Assembly (NCBI RefSeq): GCF_000143415.4
Contig: NW_003314337.1
Location: 217,053 to 281,052 of the forward strand
Reading direction: 5' to 3'
Length of the DNA stretch: 64,000 nt
Origin: Selaginella moellendorffii
Lineage: Eukaryota; Plantae; Lycopodiophyta
Shown here piece by piece: positions 12,356 through 25,263 of this stretch; positions within the stretch are counted from its first letter, which is position 1, and every line of letters begins with the position of its first letter. Under the pieces are notes generated by a model. It was given only the letters and a program-made list of their open reading frames with translations. It ran no database searches and was not told where the DNA came from. The position numbers were made by a program, and so were the translations under genes.

Positions 12356-15300
12356 TGTCGCGAATGTGACTTCGGGTATCGAAAGATACTTGTCGGCCAG
12401 TCCTTACAGGCACTCTTTCCTTACTGCCACGACGGTAGGAGGTCGGTACTACTGGTCCCTTTTATGGTCTCCACTCAAGCTAGTTGAGAAACTGGTCATC
12501 GCAATAAGGATGGAATTCCTACATGCTATTTGTCAAGCATACTTGACCTAGTTAGAGAAACTCATTCGCTGACTTGCACTTGCTAGTGTTGGGAACCCCC
12601 GTGATATTGAGACTAGTCCCTCAATATTCGATTGATGATAGCTTACCGTGTCTGCCAAACACCCTCGCTATCATGCCCTTAGTGTTGGTCTCATTTCAGT
12701 CCCATATGCTATTTATGGAAAGTGTCTAGATTCACTCATTTGGCATATCTATAGAATGTAGAGATCGGCCTGAACACAATGGTGTTCGTCCCGTGTCCAA
12801 ATTCGCAATCTAAGGCCATTCCATATTTAGTAAGTTTCGGACTTGTCCCAGAGACTAACTCCTGGTACTAAGGGAGGCTTGGGGTGAAAGCCCAAAGCGT
12901 GTGTCCCTAAGGAGGGGGGGGGGGGGGGGGCTGTGAGGGGTTCCAAATGTATAGTAGGGATAGTGGTTGGAATGCATGTCCAACCACCTGAGACATTAGT
13001 TTGGCTCCCGCTGGGCTGTGTCGCTCCTTGTTCTGCGTCCGGCTTGGGTCTAAGCCCAAGCTCCACGCTGCTCCAGTCGGTGGAGTACCCTCCTTCTCGC
13101 GTTAGGCCACCGGTATGCCAAAATTGTGCCAGACTCCGTCTGACATCATTTTGCATGCAGATGCTGGATACGAGGAGCTGGTGCTCGTGGGATTGTACCG
13201 GACCCTCGTTTGTAGCGCAACGGGCTTGGAGTTCAGCTCCAAATTCAGGTGTGCTACATTTGGTATTAGAGGAATTATCTCAGCGATTCTTATCCAACTT
13301 TTGTCGGATTTTCTGACTCAAGTTGCATACGCAGAGACTTTTCTAGTAGATCCGAAGCGACCTGTGTAGGATTAGTTGGTAGCACCATTCGGTAAGAACG
13401 TTGTACGCATGTTCAGTTACTGATAGAGGCATGCATGCAGCTAGCAGGATGGTGAAGAGGAACCGTGCTGATGACGCTGAAACCTCTAGACGGGCGAATC
13501 GAGAGGAGGAAACTCCTGCTAGAGATGCTGCGGAAGGGGCTGAGGCCGAGTCGGAAGAGGATGAGCCAAATGCTGCAGCACTGCAGCGCACGGCTCATGA
13601 AGTTGAGATCGAGAATTTGCGAAAGGAGATTCGCAAATTGAAGAAGAAGAACAAGAAGAGGAAGAAAGAAGCTGAGGTAGCTAAACTAGCCAAGCCTAAG
13701 CAACCGGACTCCTCCTCTAGTTCTGAGGACAATGAAGTTCTGCAGCCGCCCCCGGTTGCACGAGTTTCAAAGTTCAAGCCTCCGAAACCACCCAATTTCA
13801 GAGGCATGCGGGACTATCAGGTTTTGGAAGACTGGGTCTACGATATGGAGAACTACTTCATAGCGGCAGACGTAGATGATCGTACGAAAGTTGCATGCGC
13901 GCAATCCTTTCTCACCGATCATGCCAAAACTTGGTGGCGCCAGGTGTGTGCTGAAAAAGGGCAGACTAGAAGTTGGACCAAGATGCGGTCTCGTATCCGT
14001 AAGGAATACTTGCCGGATGATCTTGGTTTGAGACTTCGTGCAGAGCTGTGGCGGTTAAAGCAGCGAGGGGACCTTATGCATTACGTTAATGCGTTTGCTC
14101 AGAAGTGCATTATGATTGCAAATATGAGTGACGAAGATGCTCGGAGTTATTTTCTAGAGGGTTTAAGTTCATTTTCTCGCAATGAGATTTTGAAGTTTAA
14201 GCCGAAGACTTACCTGGAGTGTAAGGAGGCAGCACAGCAAGTTGCCTTTAGTCACTCGCTCATGGAACAATATCAGCAACCTTATGCTGGTAACTCGGAT
14301 AAGAATAGGAATTCTGGGAATAAGCAAGGTGATCGGAAACAAAGGGTGGAAAGTAGGTACCGCCCTGGGGGCTCACAAGCTACGGTTAATAAAAGTGGTG
14401 GTGGTTGGAGACCACCAGCAGCTTCTTCTGGTCCTAGGCCCTCTGTTCCTCCTCCTGGTGGGTACAAGCAGCAGCAACCTGCAAAACCTGCTCCTAGCGG
14501 AACGGGTAGTGTGGGTCATTGCTTCCATTGTGGAGAGTTGGGACATAGGTCCTCGGAATGTCCCAACAAGCATAAGAAAAGGTCTCGAGTTAATGTCATG
14601 AGGGAAGACGGTGGTGGTGAAGCTGAAGGGGTTGACGAGTTGGTCAATACAGACTATGAGGAAGAAGAGGTGAGTAACTTTCGTTGCTTTCCTCAAGCTT
14701 TTCTTGCAGTCAATGCAAACACTGATCTGTTGATGTATCTGGTAGGCTTTGTCCGTGGACACCGAATCCGAGTGATGATTGACACGGGAGCTATGCACAG
14801 CGTGATATCCGAAGACTTAGTTAAGTTGTTAGGATTGAATGCTGAGTAAATGTCACCTATGCACTTCCGGTTTGCGGAAGGTGGGCAAGTAGCCAGAAAG
14901 TTTGTTAGTGATGTTCCAATAAAGATATCCAAGTGGAAAGAAAGAGTGGACTTGGTAGTGTTGAAGATACCAGATTTTCAGATGGTGTTTGGTATGGATT
15001 TCTTCAACAAGTATATAAAAGGGATTTATGGTGCTGGACAAAGTTGTATCATGTTGAAGTCAAAAGGACATCTTGATGTATCCTTTCAGTTGCAAAAGCG
15101 TTCCTCAAAAAGATTGGGATGCAAAGTTCCTGACTGCGAGGGCCGCTCAAAAAGCAGCTAAGAGGGGATGTCAGACCTTTTGGGTTCAAGTGATGGAAGC
15201 TGAGGGTATTGGAGACTCAGTTCGAATCGGCGACGGGGTTGATCCTGTACCAAAGAAGATATTGGAGTTGTTGGCGAGGAATCAGGATATCTTCCCGAAG

Positions 15301-18300
15301 GATTTGCCGCCAGGGCTACCACCTAGCCGTGAGGTTGATCATCGGATTGAGGTTATTCTGGGTTCTAAACCACCTACGAAAGCTCCATATCGGTTGAACA
15401 TCAAGGAGATGGCTGAACTCAAGAAGCAACTCACAGAGCTTCTTGACAAAGGTCATATCCGACCAAGCAAGTCACCATATGGAGCGCCGGTCCTCTTCAT
15501 TATGAAAAAGGACGGAACCATGAGGATGTGTATTGACTATCGGGCACTCAATAAGATCACGGTTAAAAACAGTTATCCTTTGCCTCGCATTGATGACTTG
15601 TTTGACCAACTCTTAAAGGCTAAGTATTTTACACGACTTGATTTGTGGTCCGGGTATCATCAGATACGGGTGGCGGATCAGGATGTGGAGAAGACAGCCT
15701 TTAAGACTCGGTACGGATCTTATGAGTTCCTTGTCATGCCATTCAGGTTATGCAATGCTCCAGCAACGTTCAGCACTATGATGGATAGAATATTCGGAGA
15801 TTATTTGGATGCATTTGTTGTCCTATATATCGACGATGTTCTAATCTTTAGTGAAACGTTGGAGGATCATTTGAAACACTTGGAGCTGGTGTTTCAGAAG
15901 TTGCGCGAACACAAACTGTATGCTAAAGAAAGTAAATGCGCTTTTGGACAATTGCGCGTAAACTTTCTCGGACATATAGTTGGTGGTGGCGTGATTGAGG
16001 TCGATCCAAAGAAGGTGGAAGCAGTGAAGTCCTGGGAAGTTCTGACCACTGTATCTGATATTCGATCCTTTCTCGGTTTGGCGGGATACTATCACAAGTT
16101 TGTCCGCAATTTTGCAAGGATTGCTCTTCCGTTGACTGAGTTGACGAAGAGTAGTATTCCGTTTCATTGGACACCAGCTTGCCAGCGTGCTTTTACACAG
16201 TTGAAGGAGATCTTGACTACGGTTCCTGTTCTCAGGATCCCAGATCTTGATAAACCCTTCGAAGTGCATTGTGATGCATCTGGCTATGCTATTGGTGCTG
16301 TGTTGCAGCAAGATTGTGACAAAGCGGTTGGTGTTATGCTAAGGCGACATGGTTGTCCTGTTGCGTTCTACTCCAAGAAATTGGATGAAACTCAATGAAG
16401 ATGGCCAACACATGAAAAAGAGATGTTTGTTATAGTGTCGACCCTGGAACACTGGAGACACTACTTGGGTGGACACACCAAGGTTTATATAGATAGTAAC
16501 ACACTAAGCTACTTTGCTACGCAGCCTAAGCTTATGCCGAAGCAGGCTCGTTGGCAAGAGAAGCTTGCTAGATATGATATCGAAATCATATATAAACCTG
16601 GTAAAGACAATATTGTTCCGGATGCATTGAGTCGACAGGCTCAGTTCCGAGCAATATCAGCCATCAGTTCAGACTGGTTGGAGGACGTTCGGACTTCGTA
16701 TGGAAGTGATCCATTGGCGAAGACAATCTTACGCCGTGCAGAGTTGTCGAAGCAGAGCCTTGGTAGCAAAGCAGCAAAAGTTGCTAGTTGCACTAATGCG
16801 AAACTTCACTTCTCAGTTCGGGATGGGCTTATATTCTATAAGCAAGAAAGATTGTATCTTCCCTCTAAGGATCTTCAGCAGTTATTTCTACGGGAACATC
16901 ACGATGTTCCAGCAGTGGGACATGGTGGACAACGAAAGACTCTGGCTTCATTGAAAAAGGGATTTTTCTGGTCTGGTATGAAAGATGATGTAGCGGACTA
17001 TGTCTGTTCCTGTCCTGTATGCCAGCAATGTAAGCGCAGAACTGAGAAGCAGGCTGGAAAGTTGCACTGCATTCCAGCACTGGCATGGCCATTTCAAAGT
17101 GTGACACTTGATTTCGTCACTTGCTTGCCGAAGTCTAAGGGTTATGATACTTTGATGGTGGTTGTGGATCGGTTGTCAAAGATTGCACACTTCATTCCAA
17201 CTGTGGGAACAGTAAATGCGAAACAAGCAGCAAAGCTCTTTTTCCATGAAGTAGTGCGAGTTCGTGGTCTTCCTGAAGAAATGATCTCAGATAGAGATTC
17301 GAGGTTTACGGGGAAGTTTTGGGGGACCCTATTCCAGTTGTTTGGTACCAAGTTGAAGTTTAGTACAGCTTATCATCCTCAAATTGATGGGCAGACCGAA
17401 CGCGTGAATGCTCAAGTTGAGGATTATCTGTGGTACTATGTCGCAGTGGACCAAAGCGATTGGATTGAGCATTTGGATACAGTAGAAATCTGTTATAACA
17501 ACACATTTCACAGTGCTATAGGCTGTTCTCCATGGGAGATGCTGCAAGGAAATGCTCGTGGGGTTCCTCAACAGATTGTTGTCCCAAAACCAATGACCGA
17601 AGTGTTGGTCCCAGCTGTTGAAACTTATGCGGAGCAGCTATGCCACGGTTGGTCTAGAGCTACTGAGGCGATGGGCAAAGCTCAAGATAGGTATCGACGT
17701 GATAAAGATCAGCATCGTCGGGATGTATCCTATCTAGTGGGAGATCAAGTGTGGCTATCTTCCCGGAACTTGAACATCAAGGGTTCTTTGTCTCGGAAGC
17801 TCTTGCCGAGATATGTTGGACCTTATCGGGTGTTAAAACGAATTGGTGATGTATCCTATCGGTTGGATCTTCCTGCGGAGATGTCCAATATTCATAATGT
17901 ATTTCATGCCAATCTCTTGGCTCCTTACACTATGGATATTACACGTCAAGGGGAGATTCGCCCGCCACCAGACGTTGTGGACGGTGAACCTGAATACGAA
18001 GTTGAAAGCATTTTAGCTTATCACCGGAAATGTGGTGGTCGTGCAAAGGAATATCTAGTTAAGTGGAAAGGTTACCCGACTTGTGAATCAACTTGGGAAC
18101 CTCTTAGTAATCTTACCCATGCTCGTGAGCTTGTCACGGAGTATGAGAATAGTAATAAAGCCTAGCTTTTGTAAATCTTGTAATAAATCTTGCAAATTAA
18201 TCAATTAAAATATTTCTATCACTCAAAGTGTCGTTTCTCTCGATCATTTGTACTTGGGTCAGTTTTGGCAGGCTGACTTCAGCACTTCGGTGCATGGGTC

Positions 18301-19763
18301 CAATCCATAACCATGGGGATAACTATTATAGACTGATCACAAGTCCCCGCCTCTCTCTCGATGACTCCTTTTCGAAAAGGGGCGTGGTCGTGTAAACAAC
18401 TTAATCTGCCAGTTTATAATAGTTGTCTAAATCTTCCCGATGGGGTTGATTTCTTGCTCAGGGGTAGTTGGGCCTCTGGCCTTCTCCCTATATCCCTGCG
18501 GGCAGGGATGTATCATTCCTTTGTAAGCTGAGTGGTACTCGGAGCAGCAAGGGTGGCTAACTCCGTTGATCATTTCCTTGTCGGCGACGGCTGGAGGGTG
18601 TCTGGGTCTTAACGTCTTTGGACGTAGAGGAGAGGTCGTTCCATAACTCATTTAAGTCGGTGTATTTCCCACATAGTGTGCTTTCCGTTAACTTTCGAAG
18701 TTGTTTCCTTGACGGTTTGCTAGACTCGGGTATGCATCAACGAGGACGTCGATCTTCCCTAAGGGGGGGAGAGTGTCGCGAATGTGACTTCGGGTATCAA
18801 AAGATACTTGTCGGCCAGTCCTTACGGGCACTCTTTCCTTACTGCCACGACGGCAGGAGGTCAGTACTGCTGGTCCCTTTTATGGTCTCCACTCAAGCTA
18901 GTTGAGAAACTGGTCATTGCATGTGCACTTGACCAGATGAGCATAAGGACGGAATTCCTACATGCTATTTGTCAAGCATACTTGACCTGGTTAGAGAAAC
19001 TCATTCGCTGACTTGCACTTGCTAGTGTTGGGAACCCCCGTGATATTGAGACTAGTCCCTCAATATTCGATTGATGATAGCTTACCGTGTCTGCCAAACA
19101 CCCTCGCTATCATGCCCTTAGTGTTGGTCTCATTTCGGTCCCATATGCTATTTATGGAAAGTGTCTAGATTCACTCATTTGGCATATCTACAGAATGTAG
19201 AAATCGGCCTGAACACAATGGTGTTCGTCCCGTGTCCAAATTCGCAATCTAAGGCCATTCCATATTTAGTAAGTTTCAGACTTGTCCCAGAGACTAACTC
19301 CTGGTACTAAGGGAGGCTTGGGGTGAAAGCCCAAAGNNNNNNNNNNNNNNNNNNNNNNNNNNNNNNNNNNNNNNNNNNNNNNNNNNNNNNNNNNNNNNNN
19401 NNNNNNNNNNNNNNNNNNNNNNNNNNNNNNNNNNNNTATGGGGGGTTCCAAATATATAGTAGGGATAGTGGTTGGAATGCATGTCTGACCACTTGAGACA
19501 TTAGTTTGGCTTCCACTGGGCTGTGTCGCTCTTTGTTCTGCGTCCGGCTTGGGTCTAAGCCCAAGCTCCACGCTGCTCCAGTCGGTGGAGTACCCTCCTT
19601 CTCGCGTTAGGCCACCGGTATGCCAAAATTGTGCCAGACTCCGTCTGACACCATTTTGCGTGCAGGTGCTGGATACGAGGAGCTGGTGCTCGTGGGATTG
19701 TATCGGACCCTCGTTCGTAGCGCAATGGGCTTGGAGTTCGGCTCCAAATTCAGGTGCGCTACA
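12356..19763 (+). mobile_element. Ty3/gypsy chromovirus, family A coding form, full length
   Basis: LTRs 12356-13258 and 18774-19763; perfect TSD TCGAT; PBS tggtattagag; PPT aaggggggGagag before 18774; order gag-PR-RT-RH-INT-chromodomain. Confidence 0.95.
13449..18165 (+). pseudogene. gag-pol polyprotein with three lesions
   Basis: Gag with CCHC knuckle CFHCGELGHRSSEC; protease IDTGA; RT MCIDYR and LYIDD; RNase H CDAS; integrase HHCC and core; chromodomain YLVKWKGY..STWEP; stops at 14847 and 16396, +1 A at 15107-15111. Confidence 0.92.
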
Positions 19764-22700
19764 TCGATGCTTAAGCATATTGATGGATCATGAGAATTTG
19801 TGTTGAGGTGAACTTATGTGAATTTGTTAGTAGGAGGAAGTTGGTTGAGTTTTGAAAGTTTGCATTCTTGGACTGAGAGTCATTCTTTCTCTAGGATGGA
19901 AAATTTTCCACAAATTTTCTTAGACTTTTCCAATGGCTGATCTGTTAGTCACTTTGCTCGAAAACCATTCCGTTTTCGTAAGCCAATACAAACTGTTGAA
20001 GGGGTTGGAGTTGGCTTCGGTTGGCTTAAACCTTAGTAGATAGTTTGTATGATGCGGCCTGAAAGGGATGTTAACTTTTGGGGCTAAGGCAATTGAGTTG
20101 AATAGAGTCTGGAGTTGGTGTAGAAAAGTGGCCGTTGCGCTTTTCTAAGAAGGGTGACCCTTGTGCCTTTCTTTTGTAGCATTATGCTCGGTAGCAGGTT
20201 GCACCTTGCATTTCACGAAGACTCAATGAGAGTAGTGAGCTCTCACTGATCTTGACTTAGTCTTGGTAGCACTGCGCTTTGGCTGGGGATGGTGATGTCC
20301 AACTTAGTTGTTTAAGGTTGAGATGTTAGTACCCGTTCTATAGCTTTGTCTATGAGGAGGTTGTGTACCGACATGAGTCCATCTCATGATCTTCACTTTT
20401 GTTTCGACTGAGTGTTGATCACATAGCTAGCTTCTTCAAGGCATGCTCAGAGCTATTGACTAAATGCATTAGTGAGCTTATTGCGGTTGAGTTGGATTCG
20501 AGTGGTCATTTAGTTTGTGCTTGTCTATGAACTTTTATCTCGTACTTGGGGTATCACGTTCTTGTTGGATGAGTATATAACATGGTGATAAGCATTGGTG
20601 TTTAGGTCTTGTGAAGGCAAGTTGAGGAGTGATTGTTAGTTGCTTTGCGACTAGTGATTACTTGTAGACTTCATCAAGGACTGTTGACACTTGTTTTGCT
20701 CGATGATAATTTAGTAGTGATGGGCTTGCTTTACCGGATGGTGTTGCGGAGGATCGTGTCGTTAGACATACATGGGTTTTCCATGTTGGCATGTCGAGTC
20801 TATCTTTGTTGATATCATTTGGTTGCGTTTAGTTCGTGGTGTTAGATTTCATTGAGTCTTGGACGTGGTGAATAACTCCTTGATGAAGTGTTATCTGTAA
20901 CTGAGTTTTGTTGGAGGATTGGTCTCGGATACTGACTAAAGTATCTTCAACTTTGATTAGCTTGGTTGCTGGAGAGTTTTGAGTGGTGATTCACTCGTGC
21001 TTTCTTCTAGCTTTGTTTTGGTGTTGATGGCATTGAAGTGATGTTTTGTCATTGACATTGTTGATATTGAGAACTGAGTGAAATGAGATATCCTTCCAAG
21101 GATTGATATTGAGTTTCATTAGTCTTGATGAATATAGTGTTGATGATTTGGCTATAGCTTTGTGTTGTTAGCATTCATGCATTTACTAGTTAGCAACTGT
21201 GTTAACGTTCAAACGAACTGAGTGGCAAGTTGAGTTAGTTGTGTTCTAGACGAGATTATTTAATAGAGAGTTGAGCTTTAGCTTTTCCTTGAAAAGTGAT
21301 TTAGTCGTGGACTATGCTAACTCTACGAGCGAAAGAGTTAGTGATCAATATTGGAAAGTTTGAATCCTTATTGGGTTTGAATTGGAATATATTGATCATT
21401 GATGATTCCCCTTGTGCTTGTTACGATGTAAGATACGTCTTGCTATAGATGGATTCATGGAGGATCGATTAGATGATCACTTGTTGAGCATAACTTCGTT
21501 ATGCTTGGCTTTTGGATTGATGCAGACATGCTCTTCATTAGTTTTCGCATTATGAAGTTTAGCTTATGGATGTATTGAAGGGGATATTGTGGTTCTACCA
21601 TGATTTCTTCTTTAGCATTGAAGTTAGTTCGTGCGAGACTTGTGATCATTGTTAGGCAAGACTTGGCTATAGGCTTCTTCGAACTTTTGGTCCTTTGAGT
21701 TTATTATGCTCATTGTTCCATTTGTTAGAAGTTGTTGGGGGGAAGGCATTTTTGGCTTTTTAGCTTCGATGTACAAGTTAGTATTTGCATTTGGCAATCA
21801 TTGGTGATGATTGACTATCATCTAGGGTAGTTGATTATCCTTATCACAAGTTTTGCTTGATTATTGTTGGTTTGGAATTATTTACTATTCTTCGGGATGG
21901 TAGATTCTTTCTTCAACGATGATTATACATCACTACATTGATGGGATAATTGACGATCTTTCATGATAGTTGGTTGTTTTCTTTGATGGCTTATAGCTTT
22001 TTGCAATATCACATGTTCTTTGTGGTTTGCTCTGGATTGGTCTCTTGGGTTTGAGACATTAGTAGGATGTTGCTGACACTTGCTTAGGCAACTTGAGTTC
22101 CTTGGTGTTATTGGCTGGGATCTATCCGGATTGGCTAGTGCAATGGTTGATATGAACAAGCGTTTGTTTGCTTTGCAACATTCATTTTGTTCTGTTGATT
22201 ATTGCTCGTGTTAGTTCTCATAGATTAGGATGTTATTTCCTTCGGGTGATACATTCGCGAGCATTGTGCTTGTTAGTCAATGATACTTTGTGTTCTTTGA
22301 GTTGTGTTTTGTGAGTTGTTTGGCATGCTATCTGCCATTTTCGGTAATTAAGTTTTATCATTGAGTTTCCTTGATGATCTACTTGCTATTGAATTTTGTT
22401 GGATGGTGATTCCTATATTTATCAATTATGATGATCTTGGTGGTTCCTATACTCAAATACTAGTTTATCGGATGATAACTTACTTGGAATACTTTTGTGT
22501 TCTAATCTAAGCTTTATTCACTGATTATTCAATCTCTAAGATATCATTGTCTATGACTTTGATATAGTCCCTATATTGATCTTTGAGTTTGGGCTAGTAT
22601 AGGCAGACTGGCTTCGGCACTTCATGTGCATGGTGAAATCTCTAGTCATGGGGTAGCTACTGTCGACTAGTCACATAACCCGCCTCTTTGTCGATGTTCC

Positions 22701-23114
22701 TTATTCCGTTAAAAGGGCGTGACCGTGTAAACAACTCTAACTACCTGTTTACAGTAGTCTATCTAAACCTTACCGATGGGTTTGGTTTCTTTGCTTAGGA
22801 GGGTTGGGGCCTCTGGCTTCTCTCTCTATGTTCCTACGGGCAGAGGCATATCACACTTTTGTAAGCTGGGTGACTCCCAGAGCAGCAAGGGTGGCTAACT
22901 GTGTTGGTCATTTCCTTGTCGGCGACGGCCGGAAGGTGTCTGAGCTGGTAGCGCATCCGCGTTAGACAAAGAGGTTGCCTCCTAACTCATTTAAGTTGGT
23001 GCATTTCTCACATAGTGTGAGTACCGTGAACTTTCTCTGGAGTTGTTTCCTTGGCGGTATTCTAGACTCGAGTGTGCATCGACGAGGACGTCGATTTTCC
23101 CTAGGGGGGGAGAG

Positions 23115-24253
23115 TGTCGCGAATGTGACTTCGGGTATCGAAAGTTACCTGTCGACCAGTCCTTACGGACACTCTTACCTTACTGCCACGATGGCAGGAG
23201 GTCGGTATTGCTGGACCCTTTATTGGCCCCTCTTGTTCAAGTGTTAGTAAACTGGACTTAGCATCTGTACTTGGCCGGATGAGCATAAGGACGGAATTCC
23301 TAAGTGTCTATTTGGCCAAGCATATTTGGCCCGGCTTTTTAGTTCTCTTTTGCTCTGTCTTGCACTGGCTTGACAAGAACCCTCGCGTATTGAGATTGGT
23401 CCCTCAATATCGCTGGATGATAGCTTACCATGTTTGCCAAACACCCTCGCTATCATGCCCTTTGTGTTAGTCTCAATTCGTCCCAGATGCTATTTATGGA
23501 AAGTGTCCAGATTTGCTCATTTGGCATATCTACGGAATGTAGAGATCGGCCTGAACACAATGGTGTTTGTCCCGTGTCCAAATTTGCAATCTAAGGATAT
23601 TCCATATTTAGTAAGTTTCGAGCTTGTCCCAGAGACTAACTCCTGATACTAAGGGAGGCTTGGGGTGAAAGCCCAAAGCATGTGTTCCTCAAGGGGGGGG
23701 GGGGCTGTGGGGGGTTCCAAATGTATAGTAGGGATAGTGGGTAGGTTGGGCATGGCCGACCAACCTGAGGCATAGTCTAGTGCTCGCTTGCGTGCCTGTC
23801 CTTGTTCTGCGTCCGACTTGGGTCTAAGCCCAAGTTCCATTCCATGCTAACTGGTGGAGTACCCATATCCTCACGTTAGGCCACCGGTATGCCGAAATAG
23901 TGCCAAACTTCGTTTGGCTCCGTTTTGCGTGTTGGTCCTGGCATTGGTTGCTCTAGGACTGTTCCAAGTCGCTTCGGGCTCCTGTCCCTTTGCTCCTTGG
24001 GCTAAATGCTCGGGAGTTGCTCCGTGGTTCAGTTCCATCACTCCTTGGCATCATGCTTGGGAGTTTGGCACCGTTCTTTCGTTCAGTGGCCCAAGGCCCT
24101 GAACCTCGGGTTCCTATGGACACGTGGCATGGACACGTGGTATGTGACACATGGCATCTGTCACGTGGCACAAAGAGTGTTTAGGTTCCGCTTTGTGGTG
24201 TTATCCTATGGTAAATCACCATAGGATAAAGGGTCAAAACCACGTGCGCTACA
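23115..24253 (+). repeat. 3' LTR of non-coding family A element
   Basis: Follows the PPT; TG..CA ends; matches 9551-10720. Confidence 0.92.
24119..24170 (+). promoter_or_regulatory. G-box/ABRE-like cluster inside the LTR
   Basis: GACACGTGGC, GACACGTGG and TCACGTGGC within 52 bp; same cluster at 10586-10637; function not shown. Confidence 0.45.
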
Positions 24254-25263
24254 CTTATACATCTTTGATTGGTTTACCGATTGGTTCTATGTAGGACCTA
24301 TCATATGAAGGAGAGCAGGTTTATAGTTTCATTTACCGATTGGTTCCATGTAGGAACCCTTAGTGGCAAAAGACTCAGAGCTATAGCAGTTGCAAATTAA
24401 GGGTCTTCCAATTGTGAGGCCAATCCAGAGAAGCCGAGAAGGATAAGGAAAAAAACAGGTCAAATAAACTTCTTTTAGAGTTAAGATTGTAGCACATTAT
24501 AAAACAATGAACACCAGAACCTGAAGCATATGTTGAGTGTCACAAAATAGGTTAACGAAAATACCACCCTTGAAACTCATATCAAATTAAAATTACATGA
24601 TACTATATAACATTATTTGGCTCAGAACTTGCATACTCAACAATGCCACCCATCTGAATTATAGCACGTTATGATACACAGATTTGCAGCATTTGTCTGT
24701 GCACCATTTTCAATTTTCTAACATTTTGCATTCTCCAGATTCTGTTTTAGAGAGTTGTTCCATTGCCCTAATCAACACAAAACGTTGTCATGTGTTTAAA
24801 TCTAGGCTGTTGTTTCAAAGTCTTTAAATATCAACCGTTAGATTATAAGTATATTCATAAATAATATTCTAAAAATGGAATAAAAAACATCAAATGCAAT
24901 ATGCCAAAAATAAGGGAGTAATCAGAGATGAACGGAGCAAAATGGGTCAAACCAATGCACTTTTTCTCAATTTGAGGAACTCCTTTTTACAAGGCCCTTT
25001 GGTTATTGCTCGCTCTGTTCCTGGTGGTCTTGGAGCCCGTCGTGGAGAATGCAGGGCTGCTCTTGGCAATCGAGAGGAAGCTGTCCTAGTCATAGTCACC
25101 ACCAACGGCCGGTATAAAATGTTATCGACCTGGATGACAAGCCGGACTTTCTTCTCGGCCTGCGCTTTGAAAATCTGGCCATGTCTACTTTAGGACCACA
25201 AAAGACACGTGTACGTCCAGTATTTCAGCTGAATTGTCCAGTGAAATGGTCGTTGCGTAGGAA

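Larger units (their letters stand above)
9551..24253 (+). mobile_element. Non-coding (LARD-like) family A LTR retroelement, full length, interrupted by a nested coding copy
   Basis: LTRs 9551-10720 and 23115-24253 (TG..CA); PBS tggtatcagag just after 10720; PPT agggggggagag 23103-23114; TSD cctat/cttat; ~5 kb GT-rich interior with no long ORF. Confidence 0.9.

Noticed and set aside
15073-15161. Programmed gag-pol frameshift
   Set aside because: The second copy has one fewer A and reads through this point in frame, so it is a private insertion or sequencing error
24273-24355. 24-bp direct repeat, and a 20-bp repeat at ~53137-53185
   Set aside because: Two-copy local duplications with no supporting context
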